Part shown: piece by piece, positions 1 to 12,584 of the stretch | Layout of the letters: every line of letters starts with the position of its first letter | Position numbering within the stretch: the first letter of the stretch is position 1 | Assembly (NCBI GenBank): GCA_038496445.1 | Contig: JALMLS010000073.1 | Coordinates: forward strand, 1-44,316 | Length of the DNA stretch: 44,316 bases | From: Trichosphaerium sp. ATCC 40318 | Taxonomy: Eukaryota; Protista; Tubulinea | Reading direction: 5' to 3' | Translations under genes and position numbers: made by a program | The notes under the pieces: model-generated | Told to the model about the DNA's origin: nothing | The model's input: the letters and a program-made list of their open reading frames with translations, nothing else | Databases searched by the model: none

Positions 1-1365
1 TATAACAGTCGCTGAGTATTACAGAGATCAGGGGCTAAATGTGGTTGTATCTGCGGAAGGCATATCAATGTGGTCAACTTTGGTTAGTGGTGGCACTAAA
101 GGCCAAAGTGATACCGCACTTACAAGCGCTCTTACAAGCGCGTTTGACAGGTAATAACCAAACATTATTTAAATGGCTTATCAAAGGTCTTTTCTAGGGC
201 AGGTTGTGTCACATGTATAGGATCGGACTGTCGTAGTGGGTCACTGACGTTTATTGGTTCTTTCGATACACCAGAGACTTATGGTACCTCTTACTTTTGA
301 TAATACTTCAAGTCTTATTTTGGTTTTTTTTCAGCTGCAAGCAAGGCATTTACACCTTCAGCGATGTATCTACTTCAAAGTAGAATAGGGCTTCCAATTT
401 TATCTATTGATAAGAGTTGTAATGCTTATGAGGATGCCCTTGAAAGTTATTTTGAAGTATGAAGCATACTACCAAAGACGTTTTGTTAGGTTTACTTCTT
501 TGTTTGCTTACAATGTTTATAGAGTGTTGACATTGAGTTTACAACTTTGAAAGAGTCACTGGTGAATATATGCCACCAAAAACTAAAACTTGAGAGCGTA
601 ATACGCACCATAGGAAAGGTAAATACAAATTTAGAACAAACAACAGTTGCTAACCAATCTCATTTTTTCTCGCTTTATTCACCTCTTTTCAATGCAATCA
701 TTATGCATTAAGTATACAATAAAAAATACCTGGATATACAATAAAACTCTAAAAATTTGGTAGGACAATCTCAAAGATGAAGAGAAACTGGTTCTACACA
801 TCTTTGATATATTTACTTCAGATTTCCTTGAACAAAACATATTTAGTACATACGACCGGTAAGTCATTGGCATATCATTTTCTCGGTTTATTATTGTTTA
901 TTGATGATTGATAAAGATGGTGTCCTTTGTACAAGACAGTTTGGATGATGAGAAATATACTTGCTTATTATGAGCAGGCAAAAGAGGTTTGTGATCCAAT
1001 TTTTTTTTCAGCCAAGAGTTCAACATGTTCACTGTTTCTCTTCTTTTCCTGCTTTACAGAAACATTATTTAAAATCTTTGATATCACCTCAAAATGATAC
1101 TTTAGGTGTTAACACGTGGTGAAAAGGATTGGGAAAGTATTAAAGAGGCAACCAAAGATCTTCTACATGAGATTTCAAGTCAAAAGTTTGAAGTACGCTG
1201 AATCATTTGCCCAGTTATTGCATTACTTGTTTGACTTTTGTACATTAATATGGTTTTTATTCCAATTAGGAGCCTGCAGATGGACAAAAAGTGTTGGTAG
1301 AAAAATACAAAGCACTGTCAAAAAAAATAAGTTCAGTTTTTAATGAGCTTAGATTTTCAATGTGA
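1..1365 (+). CDS. Divergent V-type ATPase catalytic subunit A-like protein (3' part, 5' end outside window; about 7 exons)
   Basis: Spliced translation: ITVAEYYRDQGLNVVVSAEGISMW...AFD|RAGCVTCIGSDCRSGSLTFIG...DFLEQNIFSTYDR|WCPLYKTVWMMRNILAYYEQAKE|...WESIKEATKDLLHEISSQKFE|EPADG...FSM*. This is colinear with V-ATPase A motifs (ITxxEYFRDMG, ERAG, DFLQQN, YDRFCPxYKT). Stop TGA at 1363-1365. Confidence 0.85.
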
Positions 1366-1662
1366 GCAATAAACTGTTTGTTAGTGAACGTTGCACTAGA
1401 GCTATTATTTGGTAGGTAATTATTTATATAAGCCACAAAGTCTTCGAAAAACATTGGCCACACAAGTAAACATACTTATAGATGGCAACTAACGCTAAAT
1501 AAAAGGAGTGAAATCAAATCACATGTTTTGCACCCAACCGTCACTGCCGTTGTTATGTCACCCAACAGGTATGGTTTACACATGTATTGTACATGATATT
1601 AGTTTGTAGTTAACTAGTACATATATCTCCAGTTTATTACACTTTTCGATTGTTACACAATG

Positions 1663-4112
1663 TTACATAGAATTGGATAGTTCAACATCGGATTGTTCAC
1701 TAGGAGATACCACATTAGGTGATATTTCACTACTCTCAATATCTGTAGCTTGTCTTAAATCCTTTGCACCCTTTACAGCTTGCTCTATACCTTTCTTAAC
1801 ATCAACAAAGTACAGCATTGGTAGAGCTATACCAAGAGCTAACTACAGAAAATGTTAATTTTAATAGAAAAACTAACCAAATGAAACACGCACTAATATG
1901 TACACAAATCCCCACCGTAGAGTTCCTGTACCTTCTTTCAATGCAGCAGCAATAAAAGGACCTATCCAAGTACTACCACGATTTGTGATTTCAAAGAAAC
2001 CAAAGAACTCGCTTTCGTAGCCAGGTGGAACAAGACTAGCGAATAAAACTCTAAAAAAAAATCAGTAAGCAAATTAAGAAACACCAAAGGTGTCGTTGGT
2101 AAGCCAACCTCCCAAATAAAATAGATACCTGCTTATAGATTGAAGAGCACCTAATACAAATCCATACCAAATAACAACTGGGAATAACTCCCATTGATTT
2201 GCAAGACCTAGAAATAAAATAGTTAGCACATGTTTCGTATGGTACTTGTTGTCAACTAGCTTACCAAAAACACCTGTAAAACCGAAGAAAGCGTAGATTG
2301 GTAGTACAAGAAGCCAGCAGATGAATATAAAAAGCATTGTTTTGTTACTTAGGTTAAACCACTTTTTGATCTTTAACCAGAATATAGTGCCTATCAAAGC
2401 ACAAACAGGCGTCTAAAAAAAAGTAATGTTAGAAAAAGAAACTCAATAGTTCATTGATACATACCACTATTAAAACTCCTGCCAACACCTCACCAGGTGC
2501 TCCAAGCTCTTCATTAGCGAATAAGGTACCCATAGACCTATTATTAGTTGAGTTAAAGTACAACATGGGACTTACGCAATGAGTTCAAACGCATCCGAAT
2601 AAATAAGCCAAGCAACAAGGAATAATGCCAAGTTAGGGAACTTTTTAATTTTGACAAAGGTCTGGTACACTATCAGGTATTTAGAAGTTGGAACAATATA
2701 ATATGGTTTTTCTTACACGTTTTGAATGATTGGGTAACATAGTTTGCTCCTTTAGGTAATGGTGCACCGACATAGCGTCGGAGTAAAAAATAGGAAAAAA
2801 ATGAGAAACCAAACCACCACAAACCTGATATCCCAATAGCCTTGATATAAGTGAGTTGAATGTAAAAGTTTGTTATTGATTAAATGAGTAAAATAAACTT
2901 ACGACACGATACCCTGTTGTACTATTATCTTCAATAAACTGAGTTGAGTTCGTGTCTAAGTAATCCTGACAACTAATTTACAAATTAAAAAAGTTGAATA
3001 TTTAAACATTCACTAATAGGAGCATGATGGACCATACCGTATTGAGTTTTCTTCTATTGGTTCTGTATATAAAAACACAATACCAATAGATATAGCAAGA
3101 AGTATCAATACAGCAATATACCCATATACAAACCCAATTTTAGAAATGTAATTAGATACCCGGTCTTCAACCTAGAAAAAATCGATCAGTTTTTTCCGTT
3201 TTACTTTTACATAACCGCTGCCTTGTTGTAAATTGTTCTTTTCAAGTGCTTACTTCTCTTTTCTCTTCTTTACTCTTATGAGCTGCTGCTACGACCTTAG
3301 GATGATCCCGTAATAAAAACGGAAGGTAGGAATTATAGTAAATATTTCCCAATCCGAACATCACATTCGAAAAAATAGCTAGTATTGCTACTAACCAATA
3401 CAACGATGAACTCCCAATAAATACAATAGCTATAGTCATAAAGCTTCCTAATACTGTAGAAACTATAAGTGCAGGTTTTCTTGCAGGTCCAAAATCAGCC
3501 AATGAACCTAAAAAGGAAAAAAAATGTCAACTGAGAAATATGACGTTTTTTGCTCGTTACCAAATATTAAGTACGCAAAGATTTGGAACAGCACTGAAAG
3601 ACCAACAATGACGCTAGCGTAGGACCTGTGGAGGAAATAAATAAAAACAAAATCGTTTTGTTCAGAGTGACGCAAAATGCGTTGTTGCTTATCGTACGCT
3701 GGATTAAGCTTCAACCAGCCAAGATTAACTTTGCAATCTGTTCCTGCGCTAAACTTTGCGTAATCGTTGAGTAGTATTGGTAAGAAGCCATTTATGGCTA
3801 CGTATGGGTACACGGAGTTCGCCCTAAAACGAACGCGTTAAGGAGAAAAGAAATCAGTGTTACTAACGCCAAAAAAAGAAACTGGCTCGCATGCTGCGTT
3901 TTTTTAGCGTTTAGACGCCAAATATGTGGGTTTTATTAAATACCACAAGAGCAATTTCGAAGATTCGCTGGTACAAAAGTAGCGTACCAATCATATGAAT
4001 ACCAACCATGTAACTCCCATTTTGATAACTTACTCTTTTTACCTCCTTTACCAGGATCGGCAAGTATATTAGAACTACTCACTGACTCCAATTCGCTACC
4101 TGAATTGCTCAT
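1663..4112 (-). CDS. ATG22: Atg22/UMF1-family MFS transporter (vacuolar amino-acid effluxer-like), multi-exon
   Basis: N-terminus ...KWELHGWYSYDW|ANSVYPYVAING, then LADFG, NIYYNSYLP, GALQSISR, VPPGYESEFFGFFEITNRGSTWIGP, and C-terminal YFVDVKKG. Multiple hydrophobic TM segments. ATG at 4112, stop at 1663-1665. Confidence 0.85.
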
Positions 4113-4221
4113 TACGTCAGTACATTTTTTTTATTGCTCTTCAGGACAGAAGATGGTTGACGCGATTTTCGTTTGGTTTCTTGAATTTCCCGCCTTCTTT
4201 TTCAAAACGGTTTAAAACAAC
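4113..4221. promoter_or_regulatory. Putative bidirectional promoter (109 bp between divergent ATGs)
   Basis: ATGs at 4112 (-) and 4222 (+) are head-to-head. Confidence 0.5.
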
Positions 4222-4464
4222 ATGGCAAGCAGACCATCAACGCTTAATTTGTCAGAAGCAGAGTACAAGACGCTAACTGTTGAGCAATATTTACGAATGC
4301 TCGCGCAACATAAAACTACCGTGCTTCGCGGTGCTATGGATAGAAAAATAGAGGTACGGTATTATTTTTTTGGCTTGATCGCTACTCACTACAGATAGGC
4401 TTTCAAAGAGGAAGCCGCGCGAAATCATAAAGAAATAGCAAGAGCTCTAGCTCAACAAACTTAA
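4222..4464 (+). CDS. 65-aa helical protein resembling the survivin/Bir1 C-terminal (chromosomal passenger complex) helix
   Basis: Exons 4222-4353 and 4399-4464 with a GT-AG intron give MASRPSTLNLSEAEYKTLTVEQYLRMLAQHKTTVLRGAMDRKIEAFKEEAARNHKEIARALAQQT*. The family assignment rests on motif recall only. Confidence 0.6.
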
Positions 4465-4645
4465 ACGACAAGTAAAAACAAGATGTAAAATAAATATTGT
4501 ACAAACAACCACCAAGAACCTCATAAATCCACAAATTGTCAAGGTCTACAACGAGTTTAAGCGGCATCAGGTCTTTCGCTCTAAGTGACACTTATAAACT
4601 GTACCCCAACTTCACTCTCGCCACCATAGCGTGGTAAACGCTGTA

Positions 4646-6611
4646 ATGAGATTATCTGTTAGAGCGACCAAGCGAGTACAAAAGCTTCCAAAAGGCTACT
4701 GGAACGAGATTACAAACCGCCAAAAATGTCTAGAAGATACTGTCGCTCCTAAATTACGCATTCTATGTAAAAGCGATTGGTATAGCGTAACAGCAGCTAA
4801 AATGTCAGAAGCAGGTGCATCAGCACTATTAAATGCGTATGCAAACTCAATATTCGCAACGTTATCTGCTGTTTACCCAAAATACAACTGGCTTCCTTGG
4901 AAATTTGTGTAAGTTGCCTCACAGAGTTAAAACCAGAATTATTGCTGCTCACGCGCTATTAGTTCTGCTCCAAGTGGGTATTGGCATGATATTGAAAATC
5001 AGCGCACGTGTTTTAATTACATTGCACAAAAGCGTAACTACAAAGTAATGTCTGATTGGTATCAGTGCACACCGTCTGATGTTAGCAACGAAGGAGGAGG
5101 TGGTGTCATGTTCAAGTACATTTTTTTAGATTACTGCTTTTTTAGTAACCAAAAGCCTTCAACCTATTCAATATTTTCTCTAGGTACTGTCACTCTATTG
5201 CCAACGCTCTTAAAACTATATACCCGAATTATAAATGGTCTGATAATGACTTCAAGTACGCTACCGTCACTTCTTTGTACATACAAATAACTCCTTTGCA
5301 AGTTGTTCTCCTACTAAATACGTCGATAACATGAAAACACCTCGTGCTTGGCTTGAAACTTTAGCTGAACATTTAAACATTAAAGATTGTAGTCAATGGT
5401 ACAACTTGACTACTGAGGATGCACGCGGATATGCAGGCGGTAGTAGAGTAATAGACAATACGCTTGGCGAAGCTCTACGACTTGCTTTTCCAAGTTATAA
5501 ATGGCTTCTCTGGAAATTCGAGTATGTTCTAGGAAGATGACTTTATTTAATTCTTCCCAGCACGGATCTCCTGGTTCATAAAAAATCAACAACATCCGCC
5601 AAGGTAAATTCTTTAGCGTCTGCTCTCGGAATATGTACCCTAGATGATTGGTACTCAGTGAGTTCAAAAACTGTTAGCGAAAAGGGTGGGAAGAAGTTGT
5701 TACAACAGTACGTTTACAATTAACAATTAGGTACTCACGAAATTACTTAGGTACGGTAGATCCCTAGAGAATATACTAGTAACAGCTTTCCCTTTGGTTA
5801 CTTGGCTCAGCTACAAGTTTGTGTATGTTGCAAAAAGACCAATCCTAACTAACGTTTTTTCAAAGTGATTCTCACGCCAAAGTTAAAAGAGATTTGGATC
5901 GAATTGGTGACAAGCTCAATATTAAGGTACTCGATGACTGGGAAACTATAAAGCCATCTTTGTTCCACGCACATGGAGCCAAAATAGGGTTAAAAAGGTA
6001 ACGACATACAAAACAAAATATAAACTTACTTGTGGTCTTATAGCGAATACACACTCACACAGGTACTCAAACTTTTATACCCAGCGCATCCATGGAACTT
6101 TAGGGAGTGAGTGTTAAAAACAGAAACGTGTACACGCTTCTACAGCACTAACAGGTATCTAGTGTTAAGCCGCCTCTTCTTGTTAAGCCTAGAAAAAAGT
6201 ATAAACGAAAGCGGTCAATAGCCATCGCTGGAGACTCAAAGCCTCCTGGATTTTGGAAAGAAATAACAAATATGGCTGCTTTTGTTGAAAAGGCTGAAGC
6301 AACACTCCACATTGACGCTCCAGAAACCTGGTTCGTTGAACCTTTTTTTTGCAATTGATTCTTACTCACTTCGAAGGTATCGTGTCTCTCATCAACAACT
6401 CGTTGCTTTGGGTGGTCAGGGCGTTGTTAGATATTTTCCTTACATGTTACAGGACCACTATCCACAAATAAACTGGAACTGGTCACGTTTTAAAACGAAG
6501 AGAAAAAGATCGCTTCAAAGGCACATCAACGCAACATGGAATAGTTACATTCTCTAATTTGTTACTAGAATACTAGTACATGATACAAAGAACGTGTTGT
6601 TTAACACCTGA
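4646..6611 (+). CDS. Uncharacterised protein with six ~70-aa tandem repeats (PxGYW...DWY...GG..LL..Y..S...L...YP...W..WKF)
   Basis: Spliced translation shows repeat units such as LPKGYWNEITNRQK..DWYSVT..YPKYNWLPWKF, APSGYWHDIENQR..DWYQCT..GGGG..YPNYKW, and KPPGFWKEITN..WYRVSH..GGQG..YPQINWNWSRF. The 3' end is uncertain (6557, or 6611 via a GC-AG intron). Confidence 0.75.
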
Positions 6612-6804
6612 GGGAAACCAAAATTAGATTAAAGTGACACCAATCTTGCCATGGTCGTGGACTTTTGTGGACCTTGAAAACGAAAACTCTGTGGTATTAT
6701 TGCGGTTGGCGGTATTATTGTATTTTTTACTTCAGACGAAACCATCCACGTGCTTCAAATGTACGTAACCTATGCAAAAAGAACTCTCTACTAATGATAT
6801 CAGC

Positions 6805-9800
6805 ATGTGGAGCAACAACCGTTCATCTCTGACTGTTTGTTGCGTTTTTCTCTTCGCGACGTACTGTACAGCCGTTAGCAGTGTTATTGAGCTTTCTGAA
6901 TGTAAACTTCAATCAACAACTGCTTTAACGAACCCAAATGGAGCTGATATATCAAGAGATACCTTCAAACCACAAGGATGGTACGTTTTACGGCTTTTAG
7001 AAAACTTTTCGTTTTTGTCAAAAAAACAAAAAAAAGCGAAAATGGCGAAGCCTTTTCGCCTGCCATACGACAGGTCTCTTTCGCTTACGTCGTGTGTAAT
7101 AGTTACTGTTGGTTTCTCACGTGTTCTTTTATAGGTATAATGCCACGTTACCATCTACAGTCATGGCGTCTTTGGTAGCTAATGGTGTATACAAAGACCC
7201 TTTTTATGGGTTAAACCTACAAAATGTTTCAACTTCAAAATTTGATAACTCTTGGTGGTATCGTTGCCAGTTTAGTGCTCCTATGAAAGGCAATAATGCT
7301 CAACTCACATTCAAAGGAATAAACTATAAAGCCAATGTACGACACACTATCATCTGAAAAGTTTTCTTGAAGTGGAACTGACATGAGGTTTTTCTTTAGG
7401 TTTGGTTTAACGGTCAGAAAATTGGTGACGTAAAAGACGTCGTTGGTACTTTTAGATACTTCGATTTTGATATAACGCCTCTATACAATGATAAAAGCAT
7501 GAATGTACTTGCTGTTGAGACATTCAAACCAATAGATCGGGCATTAGGTGGTCATCCAGACACTGATCTTGCGATCTCTTTTGTTGATTGGGCTCCTAAT
7601 CCGCCAGATGCAAATATGGGTTTATGGAGGTCTGTATCGCTATCTTTTAATGGTGGTGTAACTGTTAGGTACTGATTTAACTTCAATTGTACGTGTTAAT
7701 CGAACTAGATACCCTCAAGTTGAAACAACACTTTCAAATGGAGAGAAAATGGCACACCTAAATATCATGGTTGAACTGACAAATCACAATAAACAAGCCA
7801 TCTCTGGTAGTGTTGATGCTATTGTAGAAGGTATTGGTAGGCTAAAAATGGACGTAACAATTGATGGGTTATCAACAAAACCTGTTTTCTTCAAGAACGA
7901 TTCTTTCAGCTCTCTTAACGTGGCAAATCCTGAACTTTGGTAAAACAATCTTTAACATATTCTCCAACTGAAACTTTTCTTTTTGACAGGTGGCCTCGAC
8001 AAATGGGCTCTCCTACACTTCATAATCTATCAATATCATTCACTGTTACTGGTGAGTCAACACAAAGCGATAATTTGACAGTAAAGTTCGGTATACGCAA
8101 AGCAACTTCAGAATTGACATCCGAAGGTTACAGGTTATACAAGGTAAACAACAAGGTACGGGATTTCTTCTTGTTTTTTACAAAAATCACGGATCTAAAC
8201 TATTCTTTTGTTATAGCCTATACTCATACGAGGTGCTGGTTGGTCACCTGATCTATTTTATAGGATGGATCCAGCTAAAATGAGAAAGGAGTTTGAGTAT
8301 ATTGTTGATCTTAATCTCAATGCAATTCGTCTTGAAGGGAAATTTGGAAATGACTATTTTTTTGAACTTGCTGACTCACTTGGAATATTATTGATGCCTG
8401 GATGGTGTTGCTGTGATGCATGGCAACATTGGAGCCATTGGGGACCAGAACAGTAAGTGAAGTTTAGTCGGAATTTTGACGTTTTTACATGTGTTCAAGA
8501 GCCTTTCTAATACAATTCAAGGTATACTGTTTCTGGTGATTCTTTGCGATCTCAAATCAAACGATTACGTATCCACGCATCTATACTCGTATTTCTATAT
8601 AGTAGTGATGAACTCCCACCATCGAAGGTTGAGAATGAGTGCGATAAAGCCAATGCGAAAGAACAATCGATACTGATTTTCCTGTAGGTATCTTGCAATT
8701 TTCAAAGAACAGAACTGGGTGCTTCCTACTCTTGCTTCTGCATCTGCATTAACATCACCTATAACTGGACCCACAGGTGTTAAAATGTCTGGACCTTACG
8801 CTTGGGTGCCTCCTGGTATGCATCAACAGATTATACTGAAAGATTCATTATTTATTATTTTGTTAGATTACTGGTACATTGGAGCAGAGGAGAAGAAACT
8901 CGGCGGAGCTTTTGGGTTTTTAACAGAAGGTACAGGCGTTACCATATAATTCATCTTATTCTATTGGTTGACTAACTTTTGGTAAATATAGGTGGTCCTG
9001 GTGGAGCGCCAATGCCATACGAATCGTTAGTTGATACTATTCCTCAAGATAAAATGTGGCCTGTGAACGAATATTGGAATTACCACTGTGGTAATACAGA
9101 AGGGTTATTTGGTTCTTTGAAGTATTTCACACCTGCACAAGATGCTAGATATGGTAAATCCAACTCAGCGAAGACTTTCTTGTATAGATCACAGGTACAA
9201 ACGCAAAAACAAGATAGTTATTCAGGATTTTTTGAAAAGGAAAAAAAATAAATCTTTTCTAGGTCGCTGCTTATGAAGGCCATCGTGCAATGTTTGAATC
9301 ATATTCACAATATAAATACCATTCAACTGGTGTTATACAATGGATGCTTAACAATGCTTGGCCAGAAATGATATGGTACCAAACACTTTTTTTTTTTTCA
9401 GTAAGCCTCTTAACCGGCTCTTGTTAAGGCATTTGTACGATTACTACTTGAATCCAAGTGGCTCCTACTTTGGTACTAAGAAAGCGTTGACACCTGTTAA
9501 TATTCAATATAACTATTACGATGATTCAATATGGGCAGTAAACTCTTTGTATACTGTACAAACAGCAACAAAGATTTCTGCTACAATTTATGATATTGAG
9601 GGAAATATTATCGATTCCAAATCGCAAGATTCCCTTTCTATACCCAGCGATGGTACCCTTAAGATATTTGAATTACCTAAAGTACACCCAAATATAAAAT
9701 TCTATTTTATACACGTGACATATCACGTGGAAGATCAAATGTTTAGAAACACGTATTGGAAATCATCAAAAGGAGATGTGTTGGATTGGAAAAAATCAAC

Positions 9801-10140
9801 ATTTTACCAAACAGCTTGTGCTCAATTCTCTGATTTCAACGAACTAGAAGGGCTACCAAAGATAACCTTGACATCTAGTATGATTATAGAGAATACTTCA
9901 AAAGGTGAAACTACAGCACGTGTTACAATTACAAACCCAACATCTCACGTTGCTTTTTTTATCCATGCTCAGATTCTTGATGGAGAAAATGGTAAACCCG
10001 TATTACCAGTCACGTGGCAAGATAACATGTTCACTCTCTTCTCATCAGATTCTATATCTTTAACAGTAAAATTTGCTTCGGTATCAAACCCAAAACTATC
10101 AATAGAGGTTTGGAATAATATCATGTCTGCCGGCTTTTGA
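6805..10140 (+). CDS. Secreted/lysosomal GH2 exo-beta-D-glucosaminidase (CsxA-like), multi-exon
   Basis: Signal-peptide-like N-terminus. Motifs: FKGINYKANV, VDWAPNPPDANMGLWR, IRGAGWSPDL, NAIRLEGK, MPGWCCCDAWQ, FLYSSDELP (acid/base Asp), GVKMSGPYAWVPP, GFLTEGGPG (nucleophile Glu), QWMLNNAWP..WHLYDYYL. C-terminal Ig-like domains follow. Confidence 0.9.
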
Positions 10141-10822
10141 TATTTTTTTTGAAAAAATCAATAAACCAGTTTTTTATTGCTTCCTCTTTTCTTTTACGCT
10201 TATAAGACTTGCTGAGGACAATGCCAGGAACGCAGCTGCCGCAGTGTGATACTACTGCAAGGGTAAAACATCATCTGGCGCTTTTGAGTACTGAGGGTTT
10301 TAAGTAATTAACTAATACCATAACCATGAAGGTGACGTTTGTTCGTATAATCTAAGCGCTAAAACTAAAAAAAGGCAAAAGGGTAAACTTACTCATTTTG
10401 TGACAAATGTATTGCGTTATGACAGAAACTAGTTGATACGTAACCTTACAACGCGTAGCACAAAAGAAAAATAATGACACTCCGTTTGAATTCTCGAAAA
10501 GAAAGAGAGTCCGAGCTTGTCCAATATCTAGGCGTATGGCACTAATAAAAAGCCATTTCATTTAGATATTGCGGTAAGTCCGATTTTGAAAATGGACAGC
10601 TTTGAAATCAAGACCTCAATTGTGCTAACGTGCCTACTTGCGAGTTCAGCTAGATGGTACTTTGGGACTTTAGTTCGATATTAAGTTGGAATTACAAAGT
10701 GCTTGCAACTCTGGCGCCAGCACGGAGCATAGTAGCCAAGTGTATACGTAGACCCTTAGTTATACAGCTGCAAAAGTGCACCCTAAATTTAAAGTACTAA
10801 GAGGTTATTACAAGTGGCGAGG

Positions 10823-12217
10823 ATGAGCGTTGTGCGAAAATCTAGCGATCTAGAGTACGTTTCGAGACGATTGCGACCTGATTTTAGAAACCTCGTTGTT
10901 TGGCTCTAGATATTGTTGTTTTATGTGTACAAGTGACAACAATATTCTAAGCAATATTCTAGCGAGAATGGCGTGCCTCTGACCGATCGGAGCCAAAAAC
11001 GAAAAAATGAAAAAAAGCGAGTTAAACAACTCAAAGCAATAGAAAACCAAAGCGCCTTATACAACTTTGCCGAAAAGGACGCGCTCAACGCCTTTCAAAA
11101 GGCAATGGCCTCTCTAAAGAAATCAGGCAATGGACTCCCCGAAGACGTATGTTTTTCGTCAAAACCACACCAAAACGTTCAATGTCAAGCAATTTTATTT
11201 ATGCAACGGCTATGTGTCTTTAAACATGCCTAGCAGCTCTTTTTATGCGTTTATTCCTAATTATGCAAACGTCTTTCTAATTACAAATGGGTGTAGGTCA
11301 TGTACAAAGTATTCAAATATTTCGATATACGACACCTATGCCTTTGCAGTCGTGTCTGCAAATATTGGCACGCATTATTGTATTCAGACTCTTTTTGGTA
11401 TCCACTATATCTTGAGCACTTCCCAATCACCAAGGTACGCCTTTAGAGCATAGAAGGTTTATTGACAAAAGCAATAAACACTATTTTTTTTTATTTACTT
11501 ACCATAACGCCTTTGCAACAACTTGAATGGAAATCAACGCTTATTTAGATGTTTTGTTGTTTTTTTTTTTGCCTTATTTGTAATGTTTTTGTTTTTGTGC
11601 AGTCTTTGACACTTATAATAGGAGCTTGCTCTCGCAAGTAACCATGGCGCTTCTTCGGCTTGGCGTGCTCATTTTTTGGTATGTTTAGTTTGCTTTAGAA
11701 CCTTTAAATATTGGTTTTATTTTCATTTGTGTTTTGACATCGTGTTTTTTAGCGTGCGTACATTGAGAATGAAAACAAACAGAATAAGAGACAAAAAACT
11801 CCAAGAGGACATAGAGGTGCTAATGAGATTAAAAAGAGCAATGAGATTAGAGTAGTACGCAGGGCAAAACGGTTGAGAAAGGATAAATCATCAAAACCAA
11901 GAGGCAGAGTACGTCAAAATTTGGAACATACTTTTCTTCTTTTTTTGAAAAACAATTTATTTTTTGTACCACAATATTTAATGGTTTTGTTTATTCTTTG
12001 AGTAGTTGCGTAGAGGCACACAGGATTCTACCAATTCGTCTGATGGAGATGTTGATATGGTAAGGTCTGGTTCTGATAAATCCATCGTACGTTGCTATAT
12101 ACACCGTTATGACTATGATGCTTACTTGTGTAGACGTCTGGTAGCGAGTCGCCACGATTTGGCTTCAAACATGCTGAAATATCTCCTCCGCCTCCAGGCT
12201 CGATGACTGGTACATAA
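10823..12217 (+). CDS. F-box protein with basic/low-complexity C-terminus
   Basis: Spliced across the intron at ~11147-11297: LPED|VMYKVFKYFDIRHLCLCSRVCKYWHALLYSDSFWYPLY, a canonical F-box. Followed by a K/R-rich segment. Stop at 12215-12217. Confidence 0.8.
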
Positions 12218-12584
12218 TATTTTCTAGTTGCATTTTAGCCAAGCAGAACTATAGAGCTGTGCTTTCGGCTATGTTCGTAGCGGTTTTCAATTTTTGAATT
12301 TTTTTTTTTTTGGTTTTCGTATGTTATTTGTGTATGTATTGCCTACCAATTGCCTTCGTGTATTTTTTTGTAGCTTCTAAGCTTAAGTGGCGGTCAAACT
12401 ATTTTTGACTTTTTTCGCTGCTTCAAAAGCAGTTTACTTTATATTCGCGGTGAGTAACATACGCAAAGGCTCGAGGAAGAATCGATACGGTAATCGGGAA
12501 CGCTCGTTAACAGTAGCTGGTTTATCTACATCTCCGCGGTATTCAGGCGCTCTGAGTCCGCGCTACACTGGTATACGAAAGGAT

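Noticed and set aside
10170-10730. Possible small minus-strand spliced gene or ncRNA between the GH2 and F-box genes
   Set aside because: GT/AG-bounded segments exist, but several frames are equally plausible and there is no recognisable motif or RNA structure.
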